DNA of 64,000 bases from Spizellomyces punctatus DAOM BR117 (GCA_000182565.2 KQ257456.1); one strand, 5' to 3'; shown: positions 1 to 13,510, counted from the stretch's first letter. Numbers and translations: made by a program. The notes: generated by a model from the sequence alone, not told the origin.

Positions 1-2639
1 TAATGCGGCATCGTAAGCTGTTCTGTCGCACAGCTGCATGAATCGCATTAATCTGGTGAGCAATTCACATGTTTGACGAGCTTCAATGGTAATTCTCCCC
101 AGCATTTGTGGATTACTCTTGTAAAAGTCCAACAGCTGTTGTGCCAGCTCCACAGGATCGCCAACGCGCACAAACACGTCCGTTATCTGTCCCGAATGGT
201 CATCACGCGATATCGAATCCACATCATCGCGGTATCGGTGAGCAATGAGCCTGTCGCTAAGTTGCCGACTCAAAAGCTCAATAACGCGACCGTGCTCTCC
301 AGCAAGATAGTAGAGCCGTAGGGCGTCCTGGAATCGACCAGCCCGCTCTGCTTGCTCTGCCGATGGTATTGTGATATATAGCTTGAACTCTTCCGCATTG
401 CGTATGTGGAGGAGGGATCGATACCGTTCAGCTTCACCAGGCACGTGGGTTCCAGTAGGCCCAGCCTCTCCAAGAAGCTTCTCAAAGTCCTTTGACGCCA
501 AAGCCACATCACGAATCAGTCGATGCGCAAAGGTGGTATATTGCGGGCCCCCTTGCGAAGAAACCGATTGCGCCCGTTGTCCCCATGCAAGTTGCATATC
601 TTGATGTGTGAGCGGCTCACCCAAAAGACCGAGGAAGAACACGTATTGTAGGGCAGCGATTGGATCACTTCGTCCAAGATCCCCTACAAACGCTCCAATC
701 AATTGCGCGACGTTGAAGTTGTACACTGTGTAGGTTGTTTTGGAAGGAAGAGAGACCTGTTCCGCCACAATTAGCATATTCCCATCTTGAAGTTCATTCG
801 GATTCTTTGGCACCCGTAAAACGCCATAATAAACCATTGCGATCGCAAAGTGAAGTGCGTCCACCGAGAAAGCTTCCTGCTTCAACAATTCAGATATCGC
901 CAATTCGAAATCACCGCAGAGCAGAAGCATCTGAAACCATATCACTGGGTTTTTGAAGTGGTCAAGACCAAAGTGCCGGACTTTGAGAGAGACGTCACGT
1001 AATGTGTACCGTTCTTGTAGCGCATCAGTTTCGAGCACTTGCTCCTTTGCAAGCATAAACTGCAGCCACATGTAGTCCTCGGCTGACCCGATTACGTTAG
1101 AGTTGCGTATTGTTTTAATGGATACATCGCAACGTCCAATGATTTTGTACAGCGCGAGTTGGAAGGGATCGACTTCGGGATCATTATCGTGATCTCGCAA
1201 ATGGGCGTTCCATTCCTGGAGCAATCGATTACGCAGTTCCCGCGCGAGTCTACCGGAAGGATCTTGTGCCCAAGCTTTAAAGTATGCCGCAAAATAGGGG
1301 GCGGCCGTTTTCAAAAAGTCTGCGTGCTGATCGATATGTTGACTTGCCTCTTGGATCAATCCGCATCGCACCAAAGTGAAGACATGTGCCCAAAATGGAT
1401 GACCGTGGACGAGTCTTAATCCCCTCATCCAGCCAGTATTCCTACAGAACCGCATTTCCAACATGGCCTTCACTTCGCTGTGCACAGTCGGATTGCCTCC
1501 AACAGCTGCATGCTGTCTGCGAACAAAATCCGAAACCCAACTACGATAGTTATCCTCCAGCCAAGCGCGCGCGCCTTTGGCGATTTTCTGTCGAAATTCA
1601 CCCGCTGTAGCAGGGTTTGCGAGGACACCGGCGAATTGACGTGGCTCCAAAAGCGGTCGGCTGGGATCTCTTGCGTAATCGAGATCTCCTCCAAGCATTC
1701 GGTACAAAAGGGTCCAGCATCGTGCCAGCATGCGCTGGGACGTGTCGTTGGTCGCAAGTGTCTGAGCGGCTTCGAAAAATGCAATAATGACATCAACGTT
1801 TTGTCCTGCCAGTCGCCTCTGATTGATCTCTCGCACCACTTTGAAGTACGCTCCGAGTCGCGGATGCATGCCCATACCGCCTAAGAGATATGGATTAGGG
1901 AGGTTTGATCCATATAGTTCTGCCATCAACAATGCCTTACTCTCGGTCCTAGAAGTATCGGTACCAGCTCCAGGGCCCGCACCAAGGCCACCTATTCCTG
2001 CTCTTCTGGGGCCAATAGCTGGAATTGTAGGATGTGAGCTTGGCATTCTAAACCAGCGCCATCATGATATATAGTATGCCACTCACATTGGTCCATACGA
2101 AAACTTCCAACCTGAGCACCACTGTGATCCGGAGTACCCCATGGAGCACTGTGCGCCCCTAATTCCTGGAAGACCTTCTTCCTAGCTCGTTCCCAGTCTC
2201 GATACAGCAACTTTTCGAATGCATTGTCAAATGCCTTATCCGTTTCTCTCTTTGTCTCATGAATGGCAACCGTCACAATGTTTTCATACTCATTGTTTAG
2301 ATATCCCTCAATGTCGGTATCCCGTACAGCGTGCAGGGGCTCAAAGCTTTGTGCCAAATCAATCTGATCGAGGTTTTGGCGGACTTTATCTGGATCGAAA
2401 CCTTTGTTGGCGAGTAGAATAGCAGTTCGTGGATCCATCCCAGCTGGACCACTAGGTCCAGTACTCGTCGTTCCTGGTTCTGCTACACGGGTCGTCCGCT
2501 TGTAGAGGCGCTTTGACTCGGCCTTGATCTGATCAAGACCACGTTCCAATTGTGGCACATCAGACGGATTAATGTGAACTGTGAGCTGTCTTGACCGCTC
2601 AAGCAGTTGTCTGAGATCGGTTGCTCCACCTTGCAACAT
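1..2639 (-). CDS. NIC96: Nucleoporin Nic96/Nup93, multi-exon, 3' end outside the window
   Basis: N-terminus MLQGGATDLRQLLERSRQL...VPQLERGLDQI...FEPLHAVRDTDIEGYL...DWERARKK matches the Nic96 N-terminal pattern; later exons give EDYMWLQF and LTGQFE-type motifs; GT-AG introns. Confidence 0.9.
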
Positions 2640-3086
2640 TCTGGCTTGGTTCTAAGTTTGGCAAATAGAACAGAACGTTAGCAACCAGATGTGGACAACT
2701 GGCGATCCCGTTGTTTTGTAGTACCTGCATTCGGGTCCAGGAATTAAGCGGCTGTCATGAAACTGCGTAGACAGATGCACCAGACAATATACTGTGACTC
2801 TTTCAAGGAGAAGGACTCTCCAAATGCTCCAAGGTTGGAAACTATCTGTCCTTGGAGAAAGATCTCGTCGCTTGCGATCTGCGCGTCAACGAGACTCGCA
2901 CATGGTTCGAATGTCTAGTCGCCAGGCGCGGTTGTTATGCCGAGGAGTGTAAGCCTTTCCGCCATGACATTTTCCAGGGCGATGTAAATTTGGTCCTCAG
3001 ATCTAGCTTTGCGGAGTGTAATTGAAACAATCGGGATTCAGAGACGCTCAGCTCTTTGGCCCACTTGTGGGATTTAGGTAGCCGAA

Positions 3087-6000
3087 ATGGCCGGTCTGAG
3101 AGATCTACGAAATCGGGCAGTTGATTTACGTAGGAATCCGTCTTGTGCATTTTTTAAGCGCTTCCATGTATACTGACCGACCATATCTTTTGGGGTATGA
3201 AAAGGCCGCAAAGCCCACGATCTATTTTCTGGACTCTTTTATCGTCACGGCCTTTTCTGTGCTTCTCACCCATATGTAGTCCTTTTCTTTTCCTTCTCTC
3301 TCATGTTCTTCCTGTCGTATCCTATCGTTACCCAATTACACACTAATCTACGTGAACGTGAACCTTCAGAACCCATCCAGTTCTGGGAGACGACATCCTC
3401 ACGTACTCCTGTGGATCAAGAGAGCTTTTCGGAGAAATATGGGAGCGAGCCGTTCTTGCACCTGGAACAGATTGTTATCAATGTCAATCTAAGTGATTTC
3501 AAGGAGGGAGGCGACCGGGGGGTGCTCGATAGACGACTGCTGAAATACGCACTGGACATACAAGAAAGGATGTCCCAAGCAGTGGCGATGTTCACAGAGG
3601 AAGGTTACATTGGAACGACAGCTTACGCCAGACGATATGCTTTAGACGATATATGCTACAAACCTTATGGACGGAATAATTGCTTGATTCATTCCCCACT
3701 AGAGTACTGGGGTTCAGATCCTACCCGATTCTTGAACGACGACGATTATTTTAGTACCCTTTCCAACGCCAGTGTAGTTTCGTCGCTTGGTATACCCATT
3801 CCCCTTCATTCGGTCTTTGGCGGGATAATGTTGGACAGCACGACCGGTACTTTGAAGAGTGCCCAGTCAATGGTTATCACCTACTTTCTCACTGAAAGGA
3901 ACCATACGTCTCCGATTCGGGAGACCGTCTCGGACGTTTGGGATAAGCTCTGGGAAAGTGTCTTTCCCCCGTCGTCGCAAATGGACGCAAGTAATATAGT
4001 TGATGGCCTACCCAATCCACTATCTTGGAGGGCAAATGGAGAGGTCAAACATATATTTTACGAGGTACCTCCGTTCCCATCAAGTACGCCGATGACGGTC
4101 TAACCCTCTTTGAATGTAGTTTGCAAGATCCACAACGTTATTGAACGGCGAATCGCTGGTCTTAAGCGTGATGTACCTGATTGTATTCCTATACATATCT
4201 TTGGTGCTCGGAAAAGTGGACCTTGTAAAGTCCAAATTTGCGCTAGGATTCGGTGCTGTCGTCACGGTGTTCTCGGGTTTAATTATGTCAGTAGGACTCT
4301 GCTCCATGTTGGGGGTGAAGACATCCTTGGTTCCTTGGTACGTCTTCCAGGCACAGGTGGACACCCTTGGTTGCGTCTAGTAACGTTTCGGTTTATTAGG
4401 GAAGTGCTACCATTTCTGATTATTATGGTTGGCGTGGAGAACATCTTTGTCCTTACAAACGCGGTCGTAACAACTTCTATGGATTTGCCCGTCAAGGAAC
4501 GGGTTGGATTGGGTCTTGGGAAGGTAGGAGTGTCAATGTCGCTCTCCCTTGGGGGCGAGATGTGCCTCCTACTTATTTCCTCGACAATGAGCATTCCCGC
4601 TCTACAGGTAGAATGCAGTCAATACTTTCTGGCAAAATTATCTGCTCTAATGCTTCCCCATGCGTCTAGGATTTTTGTCTTTTTGGTGCTGTCTCAATCG
4701 TAATGGACTATCTCATGCAGATAACGTTTTTCATTACAATCTTGTCCATCGATATTCGCCGTTTGGAGGTATGGGCTACACTTTCAAGCGACCGTCGTAG
4801 TAACGATATTCTGATATGCATGACATTCCTCTGGAACGTTTCCTAGCTATCAGAACTGCACAAGCTTCGCACAATACAAAACGGCTTGAATGGCCGCCGA
4901 TCATCTATCTCAGCTGCAGCGACTGCAAACATGGATGACGGATCAACGCAAACAGAAAATGATGGCAGTGTGAGATCTAGACCACATTGGGGCGGTTACT
5001 TGATGGTAATGTCCAACGTGAGCAACCATGGATGCAAAGCTTTTTTGTACACTTAGCACACCAATAATTTAACGTGATTCTGTAGATTTTGGTGACCATA
5101 TGCTTTCTCGGCTTTGGTCTTTTTGGTTCCTCCCCATCAGCAGTATTGGGGAACTCGGAAGCCCCTATCGGTTCATTCGCATCGTCACGACTATCGTCCC
5201 TGACTCCTGCCGCCAATGGCACTTTCTGCCAGAACTCCATGTGTGCGACTGCCGACGCATTCTGGCACGTGATTGATCCAGACCGTTCGGCCAAGTACGT
5301 CGAGATCCGGCCTCCGACGTACGTAGGATTTGGGGTCACTAACGGTGAGACCGGAGCGCCATCCAGCGGCGGTGTCGATGCCAAAACCATCCGCTTTCGC
5401 GACAGGCGAACTGCGACCTTGCCGTCCTCTTTGCCGCGCCGTTTTATGGAAGGTGCTCATCCAGCCGTGTTCACCTGCACGGTTGTGTTTCTACTTTTAT
5501 TTGGTACCTTATTATGTGTCATGTGCACCAGTCTCGCCTTATGGTTCTCGAGGCTTGATGTTCGCGTTCGCGAGATGTACGCCAATGTGCGCTCTTCTGC
5601 ACCCAAAGCGGCACAAGAAGTAAGTACATGGAACCCGAAAATCCCAGACAAAATCACTTCACTGTGGAGTGGTAGCAGTGAGGATGTACAATCTGTCATG
5701 TTTGCACGTGGAATGGTTACATGGCTTGGAGGTGATGAAAAGACGAGATGTTGGACAAATGCAGAAAGAGTACTGCCTAGACGGCGCCGTGGCAGACGAA
5801 AATATGGTCGCGATACTTGCTACGCGGTTTATAAGGGTTATAATGACGAAGAAGCAATCGCATGTGGGACGGACACGGGTCTTATTTACGTGTGGAGCCC
5901 ACGATCGGATGATGTGCTGTTCCATCATACTAGTCCCTGTTGCGATACGGGTGTCTCAGTTACGCGCATTCTATGGAGGTCGATTTGGAAAATACCTATC

Positions 6001-7893
6001 CTTTGTGCTGGAATGAGTGATGGGTGCATCGTGGTGTTAACTTGGGACTCAGGCTCATCCTTGCACACAGAGCGGCCTTCTGAGCCTGTATGCTGTCGGC
6101 TGAAAGGGCACACTGGACGAATTAATGACATGCAGCTGGACATGCATGGAAGTCTGTTGACAACTTCGGATGATGGAACCGCTCGTTGCTGGACGATGCA
6201 GAGTACACATGGACCATGCTTGGAATGGTGCTTAACGGCCGTATTCAACGGACACCGCGGTGCCATCTCGAGCCTCGCCTTCGATTCTGAAACCGGGATT
6301 TTAGCCACGGGCGGAACCCACGGGGAAATTTTTCTGTGGAATGTAGAAGCTAAAAAGCCGTTGGGAAGCATCCTGGCGGGCAGTGCTGACGCTCCCATAA
6401 AGAAGAACGACCCAGGATATGGGGTGACTCTCAACGCCGTTTTCCTGCATCGCACCCAATGGGCAGAAAACACCGGCAAATATATGCTCTGCAGCGCAGG
6501 GAATGACCAATGCGTCCGAATATGGGAAGTTACTCTGACCTTAAAGTCGGAAGAAGGACCTCTAACCCCGAGTATTACCCGTAATCGAAGTCTGAGTGCA
6601 CCTACCACGGCAATACCGACTCCTCGGGATCTTACCGTGCGGAGAGAAAGTTTCGTGTGTCGAGATGCAGGCATCTTGAACGTGAATCATGCCCCAGTTG
6701 GGAATGTGAGTTCGGATGTCAAGGCAACTCGATGTGCTTCCGATGTGTCAAGCATCAATGTACGGTACATGGGCGTGATACAGCAGCCCGGCTGTGTCAC
6801 CGCCGTAATGGAGGGGTCTATGCTGATCGGAGCACGAACTGTATCACATTCTGGCGAACCCCAAAGCCACAGAACGGTGCTAGATAAACGATTACCCTTC
6901 GGCGGTGTTATAAAGCGGTTTTTCGGAAGTTCCGGAGGAAATGGAGCGGCCGCTGAGAGACGGTCAAGAGTAGGCTGTGAGGGAAACGCGAGCGATTGGT
7001 GGTGGGAGCTGTGGATAGTCAATCTGGCTGACCCGAAGGACCCCACACGTATTTTTCGGACCGTAAAGCTGGGAAAGGATGAGCTCCGTGGGTTGGGATG
7101 TAGGCCCAGACATCCTATCCAAGAGTCAGAAATATCAACAGAGCGATGTTCTTCGCAACTGATGATGGGGCAAGGAGTCTACAGGCCTTCAGCGGCGGGT
7201 CTGCTTCAGCGCAGTCGCCGTCCAAAAGCATCACGACGCTCCACCCACGAAGATCTCAACCGGGTGCACGATCTTTCATTGCAGAGACCAGACAGGGAAA
7301 TTACAAAGCGATATCGAGCAGATTCAAAATTGGACTGCCAATCAAGGAGTGGCGAGGACCAAGAACTCTCATTGTCGCAGGACGTGAATGGATGTCGTAG
7401 GCCTTCACAAATCCAAACTCCATTTGCATCGGCAACACCGCCCGCAGCGGTTCAGATAGAGAAAACCGCGATATACACATCGGAAGCTGGCAGAAGCCCT
7501 TGTAATGGGCCAGTACAGTCGAACTTGCCACAGTGCTCCGATAGCGAAGATCTTTCTCTTGAGTCCTCTGACGATGACAGAGCAGAGTCGGCAAGCGCAA
7601 TTTCAGATAGCACTTTAGAATCGGAAGAGAGTACCTGCTCATCATCAGGACCTAGCCCATCATACACCGACTCTTCATCAGATGGAGAGCAGCTGGGCGA
7701 AGAACAACTGCCCGTTCTACAAATTCGTTCTCTTGCAGCTTGTGAGGAGGGTATTACCGTTGGGTTTGGCAACTATGTCAAGGTCATTACGTTTGATGGT
7801 AGAGCTGAAGAGAAAGCTGGAGAAGGGCATCGATTCCGAAATGGATGGCTCAATCACTCTGGCTCAGCGCCGGGAAAAGTTCATGTTGCGTAG
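3087..7893 (+). CDS. SCAP: SREBP cleavage-activating protein (sterol-sensing domain plus WD40), multi-exon
   Basis: Splicing 3087-3129 to 3205 gives ...FYRHGLFCASHPYVVL (SCAP TM1 motif); lumenal loop CLIHSPLEYW; SSD VKSKFALG...EVLPFLIIMVGVENIFVLTNAVVTTSMDLPVKERVGLGL; WD40 repeats (GHTGRINDM, GHRGAISSL) in the 5089-7893 exon. Confidence 0.88.
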
Positions 7894-9287
7894 CTTTTAC
7901 TACCGTTTGCACTGAGACACTATTCTTTTTACTGTAAATATGTGACGAATGCATATTGTTTTTTTTCGCTTCTTGCACTACTGTGATCCGTGTACCGATG
8001 ACATTTCCACTTGGAGAAGTCTTTCCAATCTTCCGCTAAACATACTTAGTTCCTATAACTTTGGCAGTAATACCTCTAGCGTGTTTTATATGGGATGGTA
8101 TGGCAGCCCGACGCATTTATTCGGGTGGACTGGCAGGTATGTCGGACAAGAGTTTGTTGCCGTATAGTTCGGGTTTGACCGCTCACTGTGAATCATCGAC
8201 GGGGTCAATCTCACTCATCGATCCCTGCAGGTCAAATAAGCGTGATATATTGTAACACATGTTTGGCAGGTCACTCTACTGGTATTTAAGCGAATTCACT
8301 GAGATGATCAGTTTGGCTTCATCTGTGACCAAAGATGCTGAATAACCTTTGCGTGCAACAGCAGCAGCCAAGCCGACACGAGAGCGACGACCTCCCGGGA
8401 GGCGAGTGAATCAGGAGCGAAGTCAAATACGGCGGTGAAGCTCTGCCATCTCAAACATGACCCAAGACAGGCCTTCCTGATGGATGAATTCATTTGATAA
8501 CCCATGCAGGAATGCTGAGAGTTCAAAGTTACTCATACTAGTAAGAATAATGAGACTAAACAGACTCGCGGGCTTCTTTCGAGTTTTTGTTAAGATCTAC
8601 ACAAGATATATCGATGATGGTAATCCCTGCTATTCCCTGTTCCGTGCAATGCCAAGACCACGACTGTTTCTTCCTTTGTGTAGTGCATATTTCCAACATA
8701 CTTTGCATGCAAAGCATTTGGAACACGTTCCAAAAATTGGGCCGACCAAAGTAGGGTCGACCACATAGATAGTTTATGAACTGGGTGTCGGCTCACTTCA
8801 TCTCAGCCGGAACTTCACTGATGGAGCGCTTCCACCACGGAGAGAGACGGATGGGGACAAACACCGTGCGCAGCAAGCGGCCTCTTTTATAGCTTTTGTT
8901 TGCATCACGTGGTATGGCGCAGACATGATTACGTACGTCCTCGTTCACCGGCTTGATCTACATCGTTCCCCAAACTCTCCTATTTGAATCTAAGAAAGCT
9001 CTCGTGAATCAATCGGAACCTATAAGTCTAGATTGAGTTGAACCTTTGGAGATTTTAACAAGTCTCTGGGATCATCTGAAATCTGTGGAAGCAGCTATCC
9101 TAAATCGACTGGATAACAACTCAAAGCAGATAGGGTGTGGTTGTCGCTAATTCTAGGATCTAGGCTTTCTACTTTAGATATAGCGTGCTTAATACTTTGT
9201 TAGCCAAAGAGGGGCGAGTTCTCGTTTTAGAGAATGCTGACATAGGAACATGAAATGTGGTCCAAAGGGAGGTATATTAAGTGTGAA

Positions 9288-9306
9288 CCCCCCCCCCCCC
9301 CCCCCC
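9288..9306. repeat. C19 homopolymer
   Basis: Direct count in the sequence. Confidence 0.9.
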
Positions 9307-10361
9307 TGTGGGGTGCAACGCACGTCCAGAAGAACCAAAAATGGCAAAAAAGATGCAGTTCATGATTATTTGTATCTTCCGCATTGAAAGAATAAGTAAT
9401 AAAAAACTAAATAAGTGGAGTTAATCCAGTGTCAGAAATGAGTAGGCCATAATTTCAGATCAAGTTTTTCCTTAAAATGCGACATGCCGCCTCGCAAACC
9501 AGAGGAACCGCGGGCAAAGTCTGCTCGGACGATCTATCACGTTGGTTGGTCTCCGTTTATACTTTGATTTTCGAGATGCTGAACACGAATGCTCTTTAAT
9601 TCTAGAGCCAACATTTGGAACAGTTGGCCTTGAAGATATCCAGGACTCACAAATCTGCATTCGATCAACCAAGAGCGCAATTTGGAGAACACAATGACAA
9701 TTGCGCTAGGCAACTGATTTTGACAACAAGAATTGAGTTCTGATGCCGTGAACGACTGAACAATTGATTTACTATGAGCTTTGGAGTACTTTTTTGCGCT
9801 CAAAGACTCATTTCTCGTATCAGCCCAGTGAGCATCAAGGTATCTCGTTTAAACATTTTGGATCACAGAAGCGGCAGGAGAAGGAGCAATTATTAGGAAA
9901 GGAGGGATCAGCTCGGGCCTCGTACATGTTCCCTCAAAATAAAACCAAACAAAAACTCGAATATCTAGTAAAAAGGTTCTTAGTAGTAGATGGGGGGCAG
10001 ACAAGGGGGGGTTTATATAGAAAAAAGAGCAGATACATTGAGTCATGGCGCATCATGCAGGTGGCAACTGCAGAATATTCCTCTCATAGATAGCTGCAAA
10101 GGGATAGTAATTGCAATCCGTTCTTGGCTGCAGGTATTGGACCCCTTTTCATAGTATGGCCGCCCATATTGGACCTGTTTTTCATGATGGAGCATCTTTT
10201 GTGCATCGAACCATACTTCATTTGCTTAAATCGAAGGAGGCATCTTGCATTTCATCTCGTGGCTGCATATATCTGCAGACTGAGTCTTTATTTTGCCCAC
10301 ACACAAATTATATGGAACATCAGGAGGAATTATTCCTCCTTATTTTATATCGAGTACAAAA

Positions 10362-10615
10362 GGGTTGAGGTTGACGTTCGGGTTTTAGGGTTCGGGTTAG
10401 TGTTCGGATTCGCGGTAGGGCCATGGCTCGCTAACGATCGTCATGGGGTTATAGTGGAGAGCGACATTGGCGAGTGGATAGCGTTCCTGTTAGCGTTCAG
10501 GTTAAGATTCGGGTTAGTGTTCGGATTCGGGGCAGGGCCATGGCTCGCTAGCGCTCGTTTTGGAGTTATAGTGGAGAGTGATATTGGCGAGTGGATAGCT
10601 CTCATCTCCGTGCCA
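10362..10615 (+). repeat. Degenerate TTAGGG/TTCGGG tract inside a 117-bp tandem duplication
   Basis: ttcgggttagtgttcggattcg..gggccatggctcgcta..gttatagtggagag..attggcgagtggatagc occurs at ~10391 and ~10508. Confidence 0.8.
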
Positions 10616-10995
10616 GTGTCCACATGCTAATTACACTGTTATTCGGGTTAAGCAACAACTGAGCTTTGGGAGAGGGGGATTGGAAGACGAGCATTTGGGT
10701 CAAGCAATGGGACAGGAAATGGGAATATGGCAACTTGTGCGCTGGTTGACATTTCGCACCAACGGCTTCTTTCTCGGTCGTCGCTGCTTCAGCTGCAGTG
10801 GCTATTTCCTGGGATGCTATCTCTGGAGAGTGGCCCCGCCAGACTCGCTTAAACGCATTGACAACCCGTCCAGTGACGATATTGAAGGCATCTACCGCGC
10901 GACGACATTGGCCAGCATCTAATGGTGTCGGCTCTGTGGGCTCATTTTATGCGCGGGTTTGGTTTGTTCGGCTTGTTGGATGTTTGGCATGGTCG

Positions 10996-11105
10996 AAAGA
11001 ACATTAACTGTAGGAATGAAGAAAGAACGGTAACCGTAGGGATGAAGAACGGACGTTAACGGTGGAAATGAAGGAAGAACGTTAACCGTAGGGACGAGGA
11101 AACAA
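10996..11105. repeat. 26-bp minisatellite, about 4 copies
   Basis: ttaacngtrgrratgaagnangaacg-like units start at 11004, 11030, 11056 and 11082. Confidence 0.8.
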
Positions 11106-11549
11106 TATAGACACAAAGAAAGGAGGAAATTGGGCAATGGAAACCAATAGTGCGAGTGAAGCCTCTTTCACCCATTACAATGGTGGTGGGACATTCTATT
11201 GCTCAATCGCAGCCCTGTCGAATCGAGTTGCATCTGTATGCGGTGGGTAAGCCCTGTGGAATCAGTCGCTAATCCAAAGATATTGTATATGCAAATTGCT
11301 CCAATTGGTTTTCTTTTGCGATTTAAAGTGCCAGCCATGTAGAAATATGTGTTTCCCACGACTTTTACTAATATATATTGTAGTAAAAGAATTCTGTGAA
11401 CCGAGTTTTCCTAGTAGCATCTGATATACATCAAGGACGTACCCAAGTGCCTACCCACCGCGAGCCTTGTCCTCGATCAGGCTTCTTTTGTTTTAGTTGT
11501 TCGATCAACACACTAATGATATTTTCAGTTGTAATGCTAATCGCCTTTT

Positions 11550-12939
11550 CAAGTTCCTGCGTATTTTACGTGGAATATCAGGCCTAGCGGTACGACTTGT
11601 CTGGAATATATATGGAATAAAGGGTTAGGGTAGAAAAACTTGTATCGAAAGAGACATAAAGAGAAGTCGCGGCAGCTAGCCAACAGCGACATTGCAAGCC
11701 AAGAACTAGCCTTCTGAACACTAACTTTAGGTTTACTGCCGCACCCACCACTGACCCACACGTTCGCCTGCAAATCCTGCTCGGTTCACCCATAAGCGAT
11801 CTCTTTGCCTCTTGGCCCCAAACTATCAGCAGAGACCCTCTTTTAGGATTCTTAGATGTACTCTTGCGTGCACGCACGGGACTGTTGGGACCTGCAAGAT
11901 AAATCTGTGCGTAGTTATATCCATATCTTTGGTCGAGAGGCCTGATTCGTGGGTAGTTTATATGCAAATACCAAGGGAATCGCTGATTGACTACGCTTGT
12001 CAACGCAATCACTTTCAATACCAGGGGATATCGGTGATGAAGAAGAAAATCGAAAAGCCCAGAAAATAGCCCGTTCCGTTAACACCTAACGTCTTTGCTA
12101 CGGACGCTGCGGTTGACTATAGTTGTAAACGGGATAGTTGCAGTAGTGGAAACGACGGGTGCTACAGTGACGAATATGTTTCCGGCGTAATTTATATGGA
12201 ATACCAGGTGTTAGTGGTAATTGCTGGATCCAGCATATACACGCACCGGACCGTTAGGACCTGCCTAGAACACGGCCGTTTAATGAAGGTATGATATCTG
12301 CAGATTTTATATGCAACACCAGGGAGATTGCTGCTTGACTACACACTGTCAATGCAACAGCTTCTAGCCCTTAACCAAATAGCGATATGAATGAAGGGTA
12401 ATTCATATGGAAAAATAGAACTCCCCTTAACCCATGCCTCTCGCCCCCAAACCACCAACCCTCTTTAGGATTCTGAGACCTTTTCCAATGCGCAGGACTG
12501 TTAGGACCTGCTAAAAGCTTGTTACAAGTCCATCACATGAAGGTATGATTCCTGCGTAGCTTATATCCAATATACAGAACCCCCTTTAACCGATACCTTT
12601 TGCCTCTCGCCCCCAAACTAGGAACCCTCTTTTAGGATTTAAGACCTTTCCGCCATGCACGGAATTGTTGGAACTTGTTGTAAGTCCGTTACATAGAGAT
12701 ATGATTCCTCCATGATATATTTGGAATACCACGGGAATTACCATTTGATAACACTTGTCAATGCAACAACTTGTACCATTCAACCAAATCGTGGCGGTAG
12801 GCATGATTCCTGCGCTATTTATATGGAATGTACGGTCTAGCGGTATGATTTCTGCGTAGTTTATGTGAAATGCCCGGCCTGGAGGTATGATTCTTGCATG
12901 ATTTATATGCAATTCAACAATATATGTATGGTATACTTT
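11550..12939 (+). repeat. Decayed composite satellite containing tRNA-Pro 5'-half-derived motifs
   Basis: Recurrent (g)gtatgattcctgcg..tttatatg(g/c)aatac motifs at ~11555, 11930, 12172, 12288, 12542, 12698, 12800, 12834 and 12876; ~165-bp units gcctctcgcccccaaac..accctcttttaggatt at ~11806, 12434 and 12600. Confidence 0.7.
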
Positions 12940-13416
12940 CTATCATTGACCTAGCAGCATGATTCCTGCGCAGGTTACATGCAAATCAAGATGGTTCTTT
13001 GGTCGAAAGGCATGATTCCTGCGTGATTTGGTATGGAATTCATAAGGTTCTTTGGTCTAGCGGCATGATTCCTGCGCAGGTTACATGCAAATCAAGACGG
13101 TTCTTTGGTCGAGAGGCATGATTCCTGTGTGATTTGGTATGGAATTCATAAGGTTCTTTGGTCTAGCGGCATGATTCCTGCGCAGGTTACATGCAAATCA
13201 AGACGGTTCTTTGGTCGAAAGGCATGATTCCTGCGTGATTTGGTATGGAATTCATAAGGTTCTTTGGTCTAGCGGCATGATTCCTGTGTAGGTTACATGC
13301 AAATCAAGACGGTTCTTTGGTCGAAAGGCATGATTCCTGCGTGATTTGGTATGGAATTCATAAGGTTCTTTGGTCTAGCGGCATGATTCCTGTGTAGGTT
13401 ACATGCAAATCAAGAC
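12940..13416 (+). repeat. Tandem array of nine 53-bp units (A/B alternating, 106-bp higher-order repeat); each unit is 30 nt of tRNA-Pro 5' half plus a 23-nt spacer
   Basis: Units start at 12940 (degenerate), 12993, 13046, 13099, 13152, 13205, 13258, 13311 and 13364, in register with the tRNA start at 13417. Confidence 0.95.
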
Positions 13417-13488
13417 GGTTCTTTGGTCTAGTGGCATGATTCCTGCTTCGGGTGCAGGAGGTCCCGGGTTCGATCCCCGGAAGAACCC
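13417..13488 (+). tRNA. tRNA-Pro (anticodon CGG), intronless
   Basis: Cloverleaf: acceptor GGTTCTT/AAGAACC, D arm GTC-TAGTGGCAT-GAT, anticodon arm CCTGC-TTCGGGT-GCAGG, T arm CCGGG-TTCGATC-CCCGG, discriminator C; 72 nt. Confidence 0.96.
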
Positions 13489-13510
13489 CTTCCACAGGAC
13501 CCTCCCAGAC

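Noticed and set aside
3303-4770. NPC1/Patched-family call for the SSD exons
   Set aside because: The SCAP-type TM1 motif and downstream WD40 exon favour SCAP
8300-10100. Possible DNA-transposon remnant
   Set aside because: No transposase motif or terminal repeat that I can recognise; only short broken ORFs
10124-10630. 168-aa ORF with repeated FGLVFGF..GPWLA
   Set aside because: The protein repeat simply reflects the 117-bp telomere-like duplication; no family recognisable
12940-13416. CRISPR array (30-nt repeats with 23-nt spacers)
   Set aside because: Spacers are only two alternating, related sequences; the repeat is the adjacent tRNA's 5' half; there are no cas genes and the context is eukaryotic
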